A stretch of 64,000 nt of DNA, taken from Nitrospirales bacterium (GTDB lineage Bacteria; Nitrospirota; Nitrospiria; Nitrospirales; UBA8639). This document shows, one piece after another, positions 27,867-43,400 of this stretch. Where the stretch lies: the NCBI GenBank assembly GCA_965203295.1, contig CBDBCZ010000019.1, positions 288,001-352,000 on the forward strand, written 5' to 3'. Numbering within the stretch: position 1 is the first letter of the stretch; every line of letters begins with the position of its first letter. The position numbers and the translations under genes are program-made. The notes beneath the pieces were generated by a model, which had not been told where the DNA came from, did not search any database, and was given only the letters and a program-made list of their open reading frames with translations.

Positions 27867-27932
27867 TTTGTGGGCGGGGCTGATTTGTTTTTTGTTTTTT
27901 TTACCGCCAAATTGATAAGAGGTCAGAGTTCT

Positions 27933-29825
<1,893 letters not shown>

Positions 29826-30284
29826 CTGTCTAGTATGTTGTTAAGAGTGTCGACTGGTTTTGATCATCCTGCAGAAAGAGTTGTACGTAACGTACGAATA
29901 AAAGTGCTAGGATAAGGAATAGGTACACCAGTATAGTGTTTGACAGAACTTGGAGTACCAATCTATAGATAGAACACAACTGACTACTACCAAAGAGACT
30001 AAGGGTACAAGCTTAACATACAGACAAAGGCCATTGTTCCCAATAGAGGCTTCCTAATCTATTAGGTTCAGGATACTACAACCAGGCAGGCAAGAACATC
30101 GATCTGAGAATTACTACATGTATATAGTAGCAAGAATAGATTCATGTGGCACAACACTATGTGCTGTAAGAAAACATGGTCATTTGCGCATTTCAGAATA
30201 ACAATAATACAAAACAAATCAACAGATTGCCAGTGTCTTGTCATCGTACAAAGGAAGAATTAAAGTGAAAAGGCCGGCCACAGT

Positions 30285-31133
30285 TCAGTAATAAGGCCCG
30301 TCCTCCAAACCATCGTCGTCTTCTCCGCCAAAATCTTCCCCGTTATCGAAATAAGTCATATTGTAGTCGGTTCCTTCTTCTTCGATCTCCTCATCGTAAT
30401 ACTCCTCCTCCCCCACCACATCCTCTTCTTCGTTACCACTTTCCGTCTCCGCCGCCCCGGGGCCCACCCGCTCCGTCTTTTCCAGCTGCTCAAATCGAAC
30501 ACCGAGTTGAGATTTATCGGCAGTTGACGCCTTTCCTGATGTTATCAGAAGCGAGGAAGAAGCAGTTTGCCGCTTGTGCTTACTCTTTGGGAGGTCAGCT
30601 GAAATCGCCTTAGGGAGGTCGTCGGCGATATCTTCGGAACTGGAGTCCAAACTTAAGTGTCTCTTTCTCCCACTCTTGATGTCTGTTTCCGTAGCTTCCT
30701 GATCTCTCCTTGGGCGTTTGCTCTGAACGTTTGGCTCAAAATTAGGAAGTCTTTTCCTCTTCTTTCTCACACCGATCTGCAGCTCCTCGGGAAAGAAGCT
30801 CCAATGCGGAGTCCAGTCGAGGAAATTATCAATTTCACTACGCTTCACTTCTTGGTACTTGTCCGAGTACCTCTGAATGTCCTTCCTGTCAGAACCAGCT
30901 CTAAGGAAGAACGGACTCTGCTTCATAGACTGCCGGAATTCCTGTTTCACGCTGAGCATATATTCGTCGACGTCCGTTCTCCTCAATTCCAGTGGTTTGT
31001 GTTCCAGAGGCGGAAACAACGGCGGAGGTTGTAGGATCGGCGGGGGGACTGGTTCCCCGGGGGCTATCCCCAGTGCTTCTAGGTTTCCAGGGCCCCGCCC
31101 TCTGCCCCTCCCCCTTCCTCTCCCTCGACTCAT
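30285..31133 (-). CDS. POLR3G: RNA polymerase III subunit RPC7 (POLR3G/POLR3GL family), intronless
   Basis: N-terminal RG repeats, PPPLFPPLE, DIQRYSDKY, DW…FPEEL and acidic tail DYNMTYFDNGEDF. Confidence 0.93.
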   Translation of the reverse strand: MSRGRGRGRGRGRGPGNLEALGIAPGEPVPPPILQPPPLFPPLEHKPLELRRTDVDEYMLSVKQEFRQSMKQSPFFLRAGSDRKDIQRYSDKYQEVKRSEIDNFLDWTPHWSFFPEELQIGVRKKRKRLPNFEPNVQSKRPRRDQEATETDIKSGRKRHLSLDSSSEDIADDLPKAISADLPKSKHKRQTASSSLLITSGKASTADKSQLGVRFEQLEKTERVGPGAAETESGNEEEDVVGEEEYYDEEIEEEGTDYNMTYFDNGEDFGGEDDDGLEDGPYY

Positions 31134-31671
31134 TAATAGTTATTACTGAGACCAAACCAGCATCGTCCGAACTTGCCGTTGGAAGGTCTCCCGTTTTTAA
31201 CTTCTTTCACAGACTCCTAAAGAAGCAAAAAATCAGTCATTTGGCTGAAATCTCAGTGAGGCTGGGGCCATGCTATCTGGTACTAAGCCCCAACTAGGCT
31301 AGAACCTGAGGTTGTTTACTTTGAGCGCCTGGGTACGAGGCTAGCTATTGTCACAATTTTATAGTCAGGCCCCACCTAGCCAGTAGGCTACTGGTACGTG
31401 GGGCCTGATGCATACAATTTGCGGGTATGGTAGGTGTTTTGCTGGTTTGGTCTTAGCTAGAGAAACACAAAAACGCCCCTCCACTCACGAGAAGAATTTT
31501 ATATCTGACGGTCTTCGGGTTCTTCCACCCCGTCAAGCAAATCTCAGTGTCTGACACCACACTATGTGGGCACGGTTCCAGTCCGGGGGAATGGGCGTGG
31601 TCGCAATAATGTGAGTTCGTTCAGGAGTGTAAGAATACTTGAAACTATTGTCAGTGGTATCCTGCACAAAG

Positions 31672-33099
31672 ATGAATGATTTTCCCCCTGAAAAAACCCA
31701 CGAGCAATCAGCACAACACCAGAGAAGGAGCAGAAAAGACTCTGAACCTCATTCTCACTCTGGATCCTGGCAGCTGCACAGAGGTCGAAAGAGAGCCCGA
31801 TCACACAGCTCATCTGCCTCAAGGTCCAGTAGCAGTAACAGGTCCAGATCCAGCAGCAATGGCTCCAGAGACAGAGGGAGAAGGAAGAGAAGAGCTTCCA
31901 AACGTGGCAGGTCTAAGGAAAAAGCAAAAGATAGGAAGAGAAAGCGGAAGCCTAGCTCCGATTCCTCTGATAGTAGTCCCAGTTCTAGTTCTGGAGATGT
32001 GGACTCTGAATCGGATTCCAGTTCCTCTCCTGTACGAAAGAAGAGAAAGAAAAAGCATCCAAAGGACAAAGAGAAACACAAACGAAAGAAGGCAGCTGTT
32101 AAGCGCAAGGCCACCAAGTCTTCTATTCACAAGAAGAAGGGTAGACAAAAGGTCAGGGACTCAAGAAAGACTAAGAAGAAGAAAGAGACTCAGAAGAGAC
32201 CAAAAGAACTAGAACCAGGAGTTGAACTTCCAGGCACCTCTACGGCTGCATTGCCTGGAAAAGAAACTGGTGACAAAGGAAAAGGTATGAAATTATATAG
32301 CTACATAGCTATTCTTCTTACTCACTATTAATCATAGTCTTGATGAAAAATTTCTGCAGGCACAAAATTAGCAATCGCAGGAGGCACTGCCAAGTGAGTA
32401 TCCGATTTCCAGGTAGTACAGCAAACTTCTGGACTAATAAAAATCATTGTGAAGGTTTACAGTGGAACACCTCCATTGTGGACACCTTGGGGACCTGGTG
32501 AATTGTTCTAAATACAAAGGTGTCCTTATTTCAGGGGTGTCCTTTAAGAGGGGTTCCACTGTATTGGGACTATTCCACTGATAAATAAGCGGGCAAGTTT
32601 GCTTATTCTACATGTATCAAAAGGAATCCTTTTATCAAAGGAATTGATTAAGGTCACAGATAAGTGTCATTGTCATGGAGATATATCCTCCACTGCTGTG
32701 TTCTCTGCCCTAAAGGAGGCGTGGCCCCATGACCCGGGAGGAGTACGAGAAGCAGCAGAGTGTAGTGAGGCGTGTGTTTGACCCTGACACAGGGAGACAC
32801 AGGTCGACTAGCCTTGTCCCCAGCCCTTCCCATTTTCAGCTGTAGAGAGTCTTTCTTCAAAACCTTTCTTATATGTGTCTGCAGGTTGGTGAAAGGTGAT
32901 GGTGAGATAATCGAGGAGATTGTCAGCAGAGAGCGACAAAAGGCCATTAATAAGGTAAACTAACCGAATGATTGAGCTACAAATCACCATAAGATCAAGG
33001 AAAGGTTGCTTCAGGTGACTTTTCTTGGCTATCCTTACTCAGCAAGCTACTTTTGGAGATGGCGCTTCATTTCAGGCTGGCATGGCAAGACTGCTTTGA
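31672..33099 (+). CDS. ARL6IP4: ARL6-interacting protein 4 (SR-25 family), ~5 exons
   Basis: Ser/Arg/Lys-rich first exon. Spliced C-terminus reads [61 protein letters not shown]. Confidence 0.93.
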
Positions 33100-33264
33100 A
33101 TTTCAGATGTATAACAAATTTAGTTATTTTTTTTATTGATGCGAAATATGATTACATGTATTGTTGCATCTATGTATGTATAAGCCTCATTCCCAGGCCA
33201 TGCAAGTTGGCCATGCAAGTTGCATGGCCAACTTGCACGGCCTGGAAACAAGGTTATGTATGTA

Positions 33265-33585
<321 letters not shown>

Positions 33586-34130
33586 ATTAGCACTGTTGTG
33601 TTTGGTAAGGTATGTGTTCATGAACACCCCACTGCAGCTGTTGATGACCACCACTTGCGCTTGTGAGAGAAAGCATAAGTACACATTAACTGGACCACTA
33701 GCTAGCTATCTTATGCCTACAAACATTTATGGGAATAATTACCATGTGGCAATCTGTTTAGTGAGCTTAAAAATGCAACTACGTGTAGCACATTGCAAGA
33801 ATAGTTAAAACCTGGCAATGAACATGAAGTGATCTGGGCGAGATTTATCAGTTTTGATAACAAGGTCTGTACTCCCAAGGTTCCAAATGATGTACATATT
33901 GCCTCCAATACGTGTAGTATACAAAACATCTGCAGACTTCATGATGTGCAGAAACAACCTCATTTCATACAAATTACTGCTACTAAAATGGGCAGACACA
34001 TTGTAGCATCATCATCAGGTCCCCTTTCTACAGCTAGACTACATGGAAGTTGCATTTGGAGTATCACAATAGAAAAAATTCTTCAAGGGTGGATACAACC
34101 TCTAATGTTTCTATATAGCATACACAACTG

Positions 34131-34437
34131 AGTCAAACAATCAAAGGGTACATGTATAGAAAATTACAAAAAAGTAGTCTAGTACTACTGAAACAAGTAC
34201 ATGTCAATATTGGTCAGGGGAGTACATACATTGTATATTCAGGGTGAAAAGTATACTATATGCGCACAGTGACAACTAAAACTATGCTAAGTCAAACAAT
34301 CAAAGGGTATAATATAGGAAATTACAAAAACGTAATCTAATACTACTGAACAAGTACATGTCGATATTGGTCAGGGAAGTAAATGCAGGGTGAAAAGTAT
34401 ACTATATGCGCACAGTGACAACTAAAACTATGCTAAG
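34131..34437. repeat. ~150-bp imperfect tandem duplication downstream of the RNF213-like gene
   Basis: AGTCAAACAATCAAAGGGTA…CAGGGTGAAAAGTATACTATATGCGCACAGTGACAACTAAAACTATGCTAAG occurs twice. Confidence 0.9.
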
Positions 34438-34460
34438 TTATCAACTACACAGGCCTATAC

Positions 34461-37400
34461 TTATTGGCGGAATTTTGACCGCAACTGTTTCTTAAAGTTT
34501 GTTAAGATCTTGATACAATGAAATTCATTTGGGACTGCAAGTTCTTTCAGCGTTTCCTTTGTACAACTAAACAAGATAGATCCATCAATTTCCTCTTCCT
34601 CAAAGCGTGCTGCATATTGCTCTAACTTTGGATCAGCCTTCAAAAGCTTGACGATATCTGCAACTGAGAACTGCTCGGCTATTTCTTCAAGCTGTTCTTG
34701 ACTCGCAGGAGTACCTGTAGCACACATAAAAAATGTTTTGACTCGTGCTAACTAATTACCCCGTTCACCATGGATGGTTAGTTGTCTGGACAAAACTGCT
34801 TAAGGTGCATGGTGTTCCACCCAAAGATTTTTTTGGACGTTGATTCCCAGAAAGTCGTTGGGGGTATGAAGCTGAAAATGCAACCCAGCAATCTTCTCAA
34901 TGAGTTCTCTTCAATGAACACCTTTTTGAAACATACAGGGTAAATTTAACTTACCAACTTTTTTCCTTGACGATTTTCTGGGAATAAACATCCAAAAAAT
35001 CTTTGGGTGGGACACTACCTTAATGGAATTGAATTGAGGTATGCATGAACTGTCTGAATGCTCATCTCAAAGCCTAATAGTTTATAGCCCTGACTGGGCT
35101 TTAATATTTTGTGTTCTCTCTATATTGTCGTTATCAGAAAACACTAACCGTTTAAGTGGGAATTAGTTTCTGTTATTGAAGACTAGTCATGAATAGATTC
35201 AAATTTGTTGAGGGAGACCATCTATAGATAGGCTTAAATGACAATACCATAGGTGTATTTGTGGGACAAGACAGCTATTCTTTGCTGGTCTTGAAATGAT
35301 CCCGGGAACAAGCCTAGGTATGTTGAGAACACTATGACAGGGCCAATGTTGCTATCTCCTTACTCAGTGGCTGATGTGGTACATCTGGCTCGGGTTCTTT
35401 CTCTTCCTCTTCAGTAGGAGCAGGTGGCAATAACATCTTTTCCTTTTCCTTTTCTTTCCCATCTTCGCTCTGGTATCCATACAGACCATACTCACCAGCA
35501 CCAGGGTCGAACTGAAACGTGTGATCACTGTAATCGTATGTCTCAGCAACATCCCACAGGTGCTTCAACTTTGTTGTCCACAGATCTACTACTTGCTCTA
35601 CCCACGGCTTTCCTTGGTCTTCCTGTCTGTGATCTTGTAAGTCAACCATTTTACTGCAAGATCGCCATGAAGATATAATTGTAGCATTCAGGGATAAACA
35701 CTTTGAGCTCCACTTACCGTCTTAGCATTATCCGAAGCCGTACGTAATGTTGGCAAAGAACTGTGTCAGGAATCAATTCAGGTTTTTCAACCTTTTTATC
35801 TTCATTTAAAACGACCATAATTGGTCTCTAAACAATCAGAAAAAAATAACGGTTATAATAAACACCTATAATTAATTAGTACGAGACTTATGACACTGTA
35901 CTATCTGTACCTTCATATTTTTAGCAATTGTCTTTTTCAGGTGTGATTCTGACTTGACTAGATTGTCAGTGAGTAGCTGTATCTCTTGCAGTAGTTCACT
36001 GGGAGTACCTACAAAATGACTTCCAGTTATTTTGTGACAGTGAAACTTAGCTATAGCCTCATTTCCAGGAATGAGACTAAAAACATGGCCATGAAGTCTA
36101 CTGTACTAGTGGGCATATCCATTAGACTAATACTATATCTTGTGTAACATAGGGGAGGATTGCACACCTTCATAGGTTGTGTCAAGCTTGTCTAGAGCTT
36201 CTTCATCCTCTGGTTCTAAACGCTTCTTCATGACATATGGGAGTTGATGGAAATCATACATGCCGTCTTTCACCCAGTTTACAAACAGCTTCAAAGTGGA
36301 GTAGAGATATGAAAGCTTCAGTGCCTGTAGACAGGCCAGCTGGGAGCGAGAAAGACTGCAACAAAAGAGTGCAGGTGTGACATTAAATTTTTCTCAATAA
36401 TCGTTGTTTTTTATTGTTAGGAATACATTTTGCTGAAGATAACTGTTTTTTCCTCTAAGATTTACATACAATTTGAGAATAATTACATGAGCAGGACATG
36501 TTTTTATGGCAATTCACGCTATTTGAGTGCAGTTGGCATGAGCAGCCATGTGGTTCCTTGTCAATCACGTCTAATTAAATTTATTGACTAACGTTTTAAT
36601 TCCAATGTCTTCCAGTGTATCTGTTTTAGGGTCTTTAAAAACTAAGAGCAAAAATTCTGGTAGTTCCTTTGACTTGAGTTCAGCTTCATTCACAATCAGT
36701 TCCCTCTGTAAAACATGATATAGAGCATACTAATGACTTGTAATGAACACTAGCCTAGTTGTTAGTCAGTCCTCATACCTTGAGATGCTCGGTTGCAACT
36801 CTCAGCCCTCTCACAACTTCAGCCAACAACTGGTAGTCAGCTGAGTGGAACTCATACAGTAGTTGGCTTGCATATTCTTCTTCCAATGGGAGCTAGAGTT
36901 ACATAGCAATTCATTAGCCTTGCTCCTAGGCCTCCACTCAGCTTTGCTGCAAGTAACAAAGCTAAGTGCTTGGAGTCCTAAAATCTTTGCTTGTCATGAA
37001 CTTTATTACAGTGGTACAGCATTAGAGAGAAAAATATCTATTGTGCTTCTGAAAAAGCCTACACACTATTATTATTTAAACACACATTACCGGAACATAA
37101 CTTTAATTATGGCTTGTTAAAGTATGTACCCTGTACCCACTATTAATGCCCATTTCTTGAGAGTTAAATGCATTTTATGAAACCACTACACTGCTTTACC
37201 ACATTCTTTACTCCTTACCAATCAAAATTTTCCTCGATAATTTTACAGAATGTTTTTACATTTAACAGCCATATATATACGTATATATCCTCAATTTTTT
37301 CTCTCTTCCCCTTGAGCACCATGCCTCACCTTAAAGCTCTCTTTGATGCCCTGTAATATGACTGAGAGGTCGAGATTTGCACCTTCCAAGGCAAAAGTGT

Positions 37401-40400
37401 TGGGCTTCTCTATTTTGAACCTGAATTGAATTCTATCTCCTGCTGACTGGAGAATGAGAGGTTTCCCAGCTAAGTAGGATTGTATCACATCGATCTGTAG
37501 TCGATGCAGGTCAAAGAGACATGCTCCACTCGGCTGCTCTGCAGGCTGCAAGTAGCGACTGCGCACTAACTGTAGCTGCTCTTTGACTTCATGATCTCTG
37601 TTAATATAATAAAGTACATGCATTAACAATAAGAAACACTAGCTTCAATTTTACTCACTTTGGTGATTGCCAAGGTATTATCATAACATTGTTATTCACT
37701 TCAGTTGTATACACATTTTCTTTCAACTTTTCTGGGAAGTATTTTCTTAGATTAGAGTGCTCAGCAGAGTCGACTGCATCGAACACTCTCTGAAGAAAGC
37801 TGTTGTGAAAATTAATCTGTTCAAAAAAGAAATAAAATTATATGACATTAGCTGTCCACAGCTTTTTAAAAATAATATCATGGCCCTTACAATATCATTG
37901 ATTATAAGGTACAGCAAATCACGGCCCTCCCACTGTTCATCATCATCAGTCTTGGCAGAAAGGAAGTCGATAAACTTAGTAGAATTTCTGACACCTGTAC
38001 CAATATCTGCTTCACTGTAATACCCTACGACTTCAACATATGAGTTATAGCCATCTGGAAATTTAAGATGGAATGCTGGTTAATAAATTCTCTACTGGTT
38101 GTGTTTTGTATTCACTTACCTCTAACTCTTGTATACAATTGGACAAGTTCAAGGCCTCCATACTTCTCAATTACATCTTCAATTGTATCATCTCTAGCAT
38201 CCTCATAGGTAACCAGATAGGCCAATTCATTGTGAATCCAATGATACAGTTCCAGTAAGTCAGGCAGCAAGGATCCTGCAGCCTGTAGACGGCGATGCTC
38301 CAAGGCAAATATAGAGAGCACATAAAATTTATTCTGTACAGAATTGATATCTACTGATGAAAGCATTGTGTGGGTGAACTCATCCATTGTGGGGAAATGG
38401 GGGTAGTAAGTCTCTAGACAGCTGCATTATGAGAGATAAATATGCATAATTACACCAACCGATGCATAGCTAAAAAAAGTCTACCTTATGTTGTGGAACA
38501 ACTTGATTTCATGCAGGTGGCAATGCTCAGCAAACTATATGAGTGAGATGAGAATTAAACAATATAATAGCAATAGTGTATAGTCTGACTACCTTGCTGT
38601 GAATGTTCTGTAGGGACTGTTCAAAGATTTGTTTATGCCAAATTCTCTCGTAGGCATCGAGTTCTCCAGAAGTTTCAAATCTTCCCTTTTGCAGCAGGGT
38701 TGGCTGGGTGACGCTAATCTGTAAGAAAGATGTAAGATTCAAGAGTATCTATGAATCTGAGGTTTGCAACTGTATGTACATACCTCCAATAGTCTTTCCA
38801 TGCACTGCATTATGAAGAAAGACTGCTCTTTTGGAGACAGGCTGAGCTTGTTGCCCAAATGATGCCACACGTTACGAAGCTGCCCCACACAGTAGCGGTG
38901 GACATCTTGCCTAGGTGATATAATGGGTCCCCTGATCTTCTCCAGAGCATCAGGCTGAGTCACCAGGGCCATGTAGAAAGCAGTGAAGTTGGTCCACAGA
39001 ATGAAATAGAGGGAGTGGAGGCTAAGAGTGCCTCTGGTGGCATGGGGGAGGTAGTCCGGCCGGCCATACATGCCATCTCTGGAAAGTTCCACACCACAGT
39101 CATAGAGACAATTCTCAGAAATCTTGTCTGGATACTGTAATATGGTACAGCAGTATATCAGTATCGTAGTATTATGAATGATAAATGAATGCAATGTACA
39201 GTTCCCGCTGACCATGAATCCGGTCATGTATGATCCAGAAAGGGCATCTGCAGCAAACATGTGGTACCACAGGTGACTGGAACGTGGTTCACAGGCCAGT
39301 ACAATGGCAACAGTGTTGGCCATTGCATGACAGAGCTCAGTATCTATATTTTGTGGGAGAAAGAAATAGTGTGTGATGATACATAGATATGACCACATAG
39401 GTCTTATACGATAGCAGTTACTGACCTTGTACGTTTTGGACTCTTGGAGCACTTTCATCAAAAATTAGTGAGGTTTCAGGAGGAAGTACCATATAATCTG
39501 GGTAGATGAAGCTTTCCAGGAGCCCAATAAAGCCAGGCTCAAGAACACCTCTCAGTTTATCACTTAGGGTATCTGCTAATGACTTGGACTTAAGCTACAG
39601 ATGGAGAGTATGAAATGAACATATCTACAGGACAGTGAAAATGACTATGTACTAACTAGACCTGCACCTTTTTGACATAGAAGTCATTGTATACGCATAG
39701 CCATAGCAGCATCCTGAAAGCATTCTTTTCACCAATCTCAAGGGCATTACCATAGGAAGTAGTGAACTTCATTTTGTGTTCACTGCTGTAGCTGTTTAAA
39801 AGAACATTAAATTGCACATTCTATAAATTGTGCGTATTACATACTATATCTAGTATCTACATGAAACATGGCTTAAAAGTAGTTTCATTTTGCTACAAAC
39901 CTTTCTTTTGCCAGCTTGATTAGTGCATCCACACTGTCCTGATTTTCCTCATTTTTACTGACATTCATCATAGTGTGGCATATTCTCTTGTAAAAGCAAG
40001 CAAGATCACCATCGTCATTTAGGAAGGGAAAAAGATGAACCTCACATTTTGGTTGGCTCTCCGACTGGGAATGAAAGAAATCTTTAGTTACAATAATAAT
40101 GGTAGATATTGAAATATATTGTGTGTATCCTAGCATCATTCCTAGACTCTGACTGTATGATTTAGGAAAGAAGCTATAGTGTGTACCGGAACAAGTGTTT
40201 GCAGAGGCTTCATAGAACTGAAATCCTTCACCAGTGTGCTAGCATCATCACCGAGCAGCCGAATGAGTTCCCAGGGATCCATCAATTGTCCTTGTAAATG
40301 CATAGCAAACACAAGTGCATGCCAACTGACACAAGTACGGTTTCCATTTCCACCCATTGACTCATCAGTGAATAGTGGGTTCACTCTTTCATTGAGTTTT

Positions 40401-43400
40401 GTATTGAAGAGCTAAATGGGAGTAATGTCTGTCAATATATATTAGTATCCCGCATGCTGTGTACAATACACTTACACTATGGAGCTTGCTTGGATCTTTA
40501 GGGTCAAAAAATGCGGACACCTCATAAATAAGCATCTGAACAACCGCTTGCTTTTCAATGAAGAGTAATATCTTTTCATGATTTTGGGTTGAGTCTTTCT
40601 GAAGGAACTATTAAAAGGCACATCAAAGTTAGTCTCAATGCTAAATTTTTATTTTGTGATCACCTACCCCAGTTATCTTTCTTTCAAGTCTGGCTAAATG
40701 GGTGGGTTGGTATTTCCTGGTCTGAATACGTTCAAATACTGTCAGGAAGTACAAATGAGCCAAAGGCTGTTGCATCATGGCATTCTGTGGAAGGAAAGCA
40801 GTGAGCTCTGAGAATTTCCATATTATTGCATCATAATGAACAACTGTACTTCCCAACTGTACTGACCTTGGATGATTCACAAGATTGAACGTCCACCTTT
40901 TCTTTAAGCTGGTAGAATGTGGGGATGTAGGGACCAGGACAGCCGAGATCACTCTGAGCAGCAAGCACCAGGCCAACCATTTCACGGTACTGGAGATATA
41001 ATGTATTGTGACTATATCACAATGCAGCTACTTGCCTGTGTCAGTGCATATATATCCGCAGCTAACCTTAGCGTTCAGAGGAAAGAGTTCAAGGTGACTG
41101 GGTTTGGTACCACTTTGAGTCTATATAGTGAAATAGAAATTGTGACACACACAGTGGATGAAATGCAATTGATGATGTTTACCTGAGAGCTTGGGCCATG
41201 CTCTGGTTCTCCAGATCCAAGTATCCTAGCTAGATACAACTTGAGCATACTCATAGACAAACACTTGTCTATAGATAAAGTACTGTGCTGTTTGTTAGCC
41301 AGTTCAAGATAATATTTGCAATCCTCTTTGTGAAACGTACCACGATGTTTCGAGAAGAACAATGAGAGTATCCCCTCCACAAAGGACTGCAAACAGCAGC
41401 CCTCTTCACCTTGCTGGACACTTGAAGCATCCTTCATTGTTTGTAAGCCTGTAGTCACAACTTCACGCAAATCTATACACTATAGTGACAAGAATACATT
41501 AATATGATACATAAACAATGAATCTGAAGTCAATTACTGATACCTGTGCACTCTGTTTGGAATGTAAAGCAGTGAAAACTTGGTATCCTTTCTGTGGTGA
41601 TAAATCTGAATAGCACTCCATCACTAGGTAGGTAGCATGCATTATACTCAGTTTTGTCTCAGGCAGAGAGGCAATGTTGCTCATAACATTTTCTACCATA
41701 GCAGGCACAGACATCTATAAGAAAAGGAAATGAAGTTTTGACACAATGCACATACATATTACTGTGGAAGACAAAACAAATAGAGAACTTACAATGTCAC
41801 GATAGCTTCTGTACCAACAGTCAATACTTTCACTTGCAGCTGCATCGGTACTGGAAATGAAGTCAAACAGCATTGTGACAATAAAGCTTCCTAGGGTTGG
41901 ACTGGCAGATGTAACATTCTCATGTTCCATGAATGTACCAGAGGTTAACATGGAAGAAGGAGTGATACTGCTTGGAGAGAATGTTGCCATTTCTTTTCCT
42001 ACCCTTTCTATCTGGCTTAAAATGCTGGAGATTCTTGTGAGATCCAAATGGTGCACATGGAAGCAAACGTGGAGTGATATCATCTGAGAGAGGGCATTAG
42101 TACACATGGGTTTTAGTGGACTAATGTAGGCATCAATTATCTCCCTAGTTAGGGGTGAAGGTTCAGAATCAAGGTCAAGTTTATAAGTAATAAAGTCATC
42201 GAAATACTGCCTCCAGAGTGTGTCCCCCTGCTCATCATCCATTGCCTTAACGGCCACTCCCAGGCAACCTTGCAGATGGTCCTGGAAAAAAGAAAGCACT
42301 GTAATCATAGGAATGAACACTATAGTTATTCTTCAGCATGCACACCACACACCTTCTGTAACCGTGCCATCACAACTTCCATATACAATGTTTCCAACTT
42401 GTGCTTAGTTTTTATTTGTGCTGTGTGCAAAGAGGCACTTCGCTCCTTGAAATTAAATTGTTGGTGGACATATTCTTTACTTTCATCAATCATTTTGTCT
42501 AATATTTCACACACATACTTAAAGAATGGAAATTTGCAAAAACACCTGGTCTTCTTGCGCTCCTGCCGAGGTCCAAGTGTAGCACTTAGATTCTTAAGTT
42601 GTGCTAGTTCAGGAACCCTAATCTCTCTGAGAAGAGTTAAGAATAGCTGGTCTTGACATACAACAGAATCATCCTTTTCATCAATGTCAATAATGTGATC
42701 TTCACTTATTCTGGTGAACATATACACCAGAAAATCAAAAAATGCAGCTCTCACAATACTCTGAATGGAGTCAGTGATATTTAGTGTGGAATCTTGGGCA
42801 TACATTGACCTTGAAACCTGATCTATCTGCTGTACCATTAACTTGGGGGTCCAATACTTACAAAACTTTGTAGTAAGTATTTGGGCTATACTCTCTCTTC
42901 CTTCACCATCATCAGAGCATTTACCTTCCCCGGTATTCATATTGAAAAACTTTTGAAGCACTCCTGTTCTCTGAGAAGCATTCAATTCGAAAGTACTTCC
43001 ATTATTTTTAGAAGTGAAAGCAACTCGAGATGTAATTATAGGAATTGCTTCTGGAAGTAGCCCATTAAGTGCTTCTAGCATTCGGCCATCCTCGTCTTCA
43101 TGATCTGATTGGGAGTCTGGAAAGCAACAGTGGTAAAAAGAGTTTTTGATGTCAACAACGGATTTGACACCCTCTCTAGTAAGAGTGCCACATGCTATGG
43201 CATCGAGGTAATGGTGGCTCCACCCTTGTAAGAAGATGGATGGATAACATTGGTTAAAGAACATCAATGGAGGAAAGTGTAGCAGCAGCACAAACAGCTT
43301 GCTTTTATTCTCCATTTTACTCTCTGCTTCTTCAATCATAATTCTGAGGTGGTTCACCATTCTTTTGGTCAATTCTTGCATATTTGCAATCAATAGAAGC

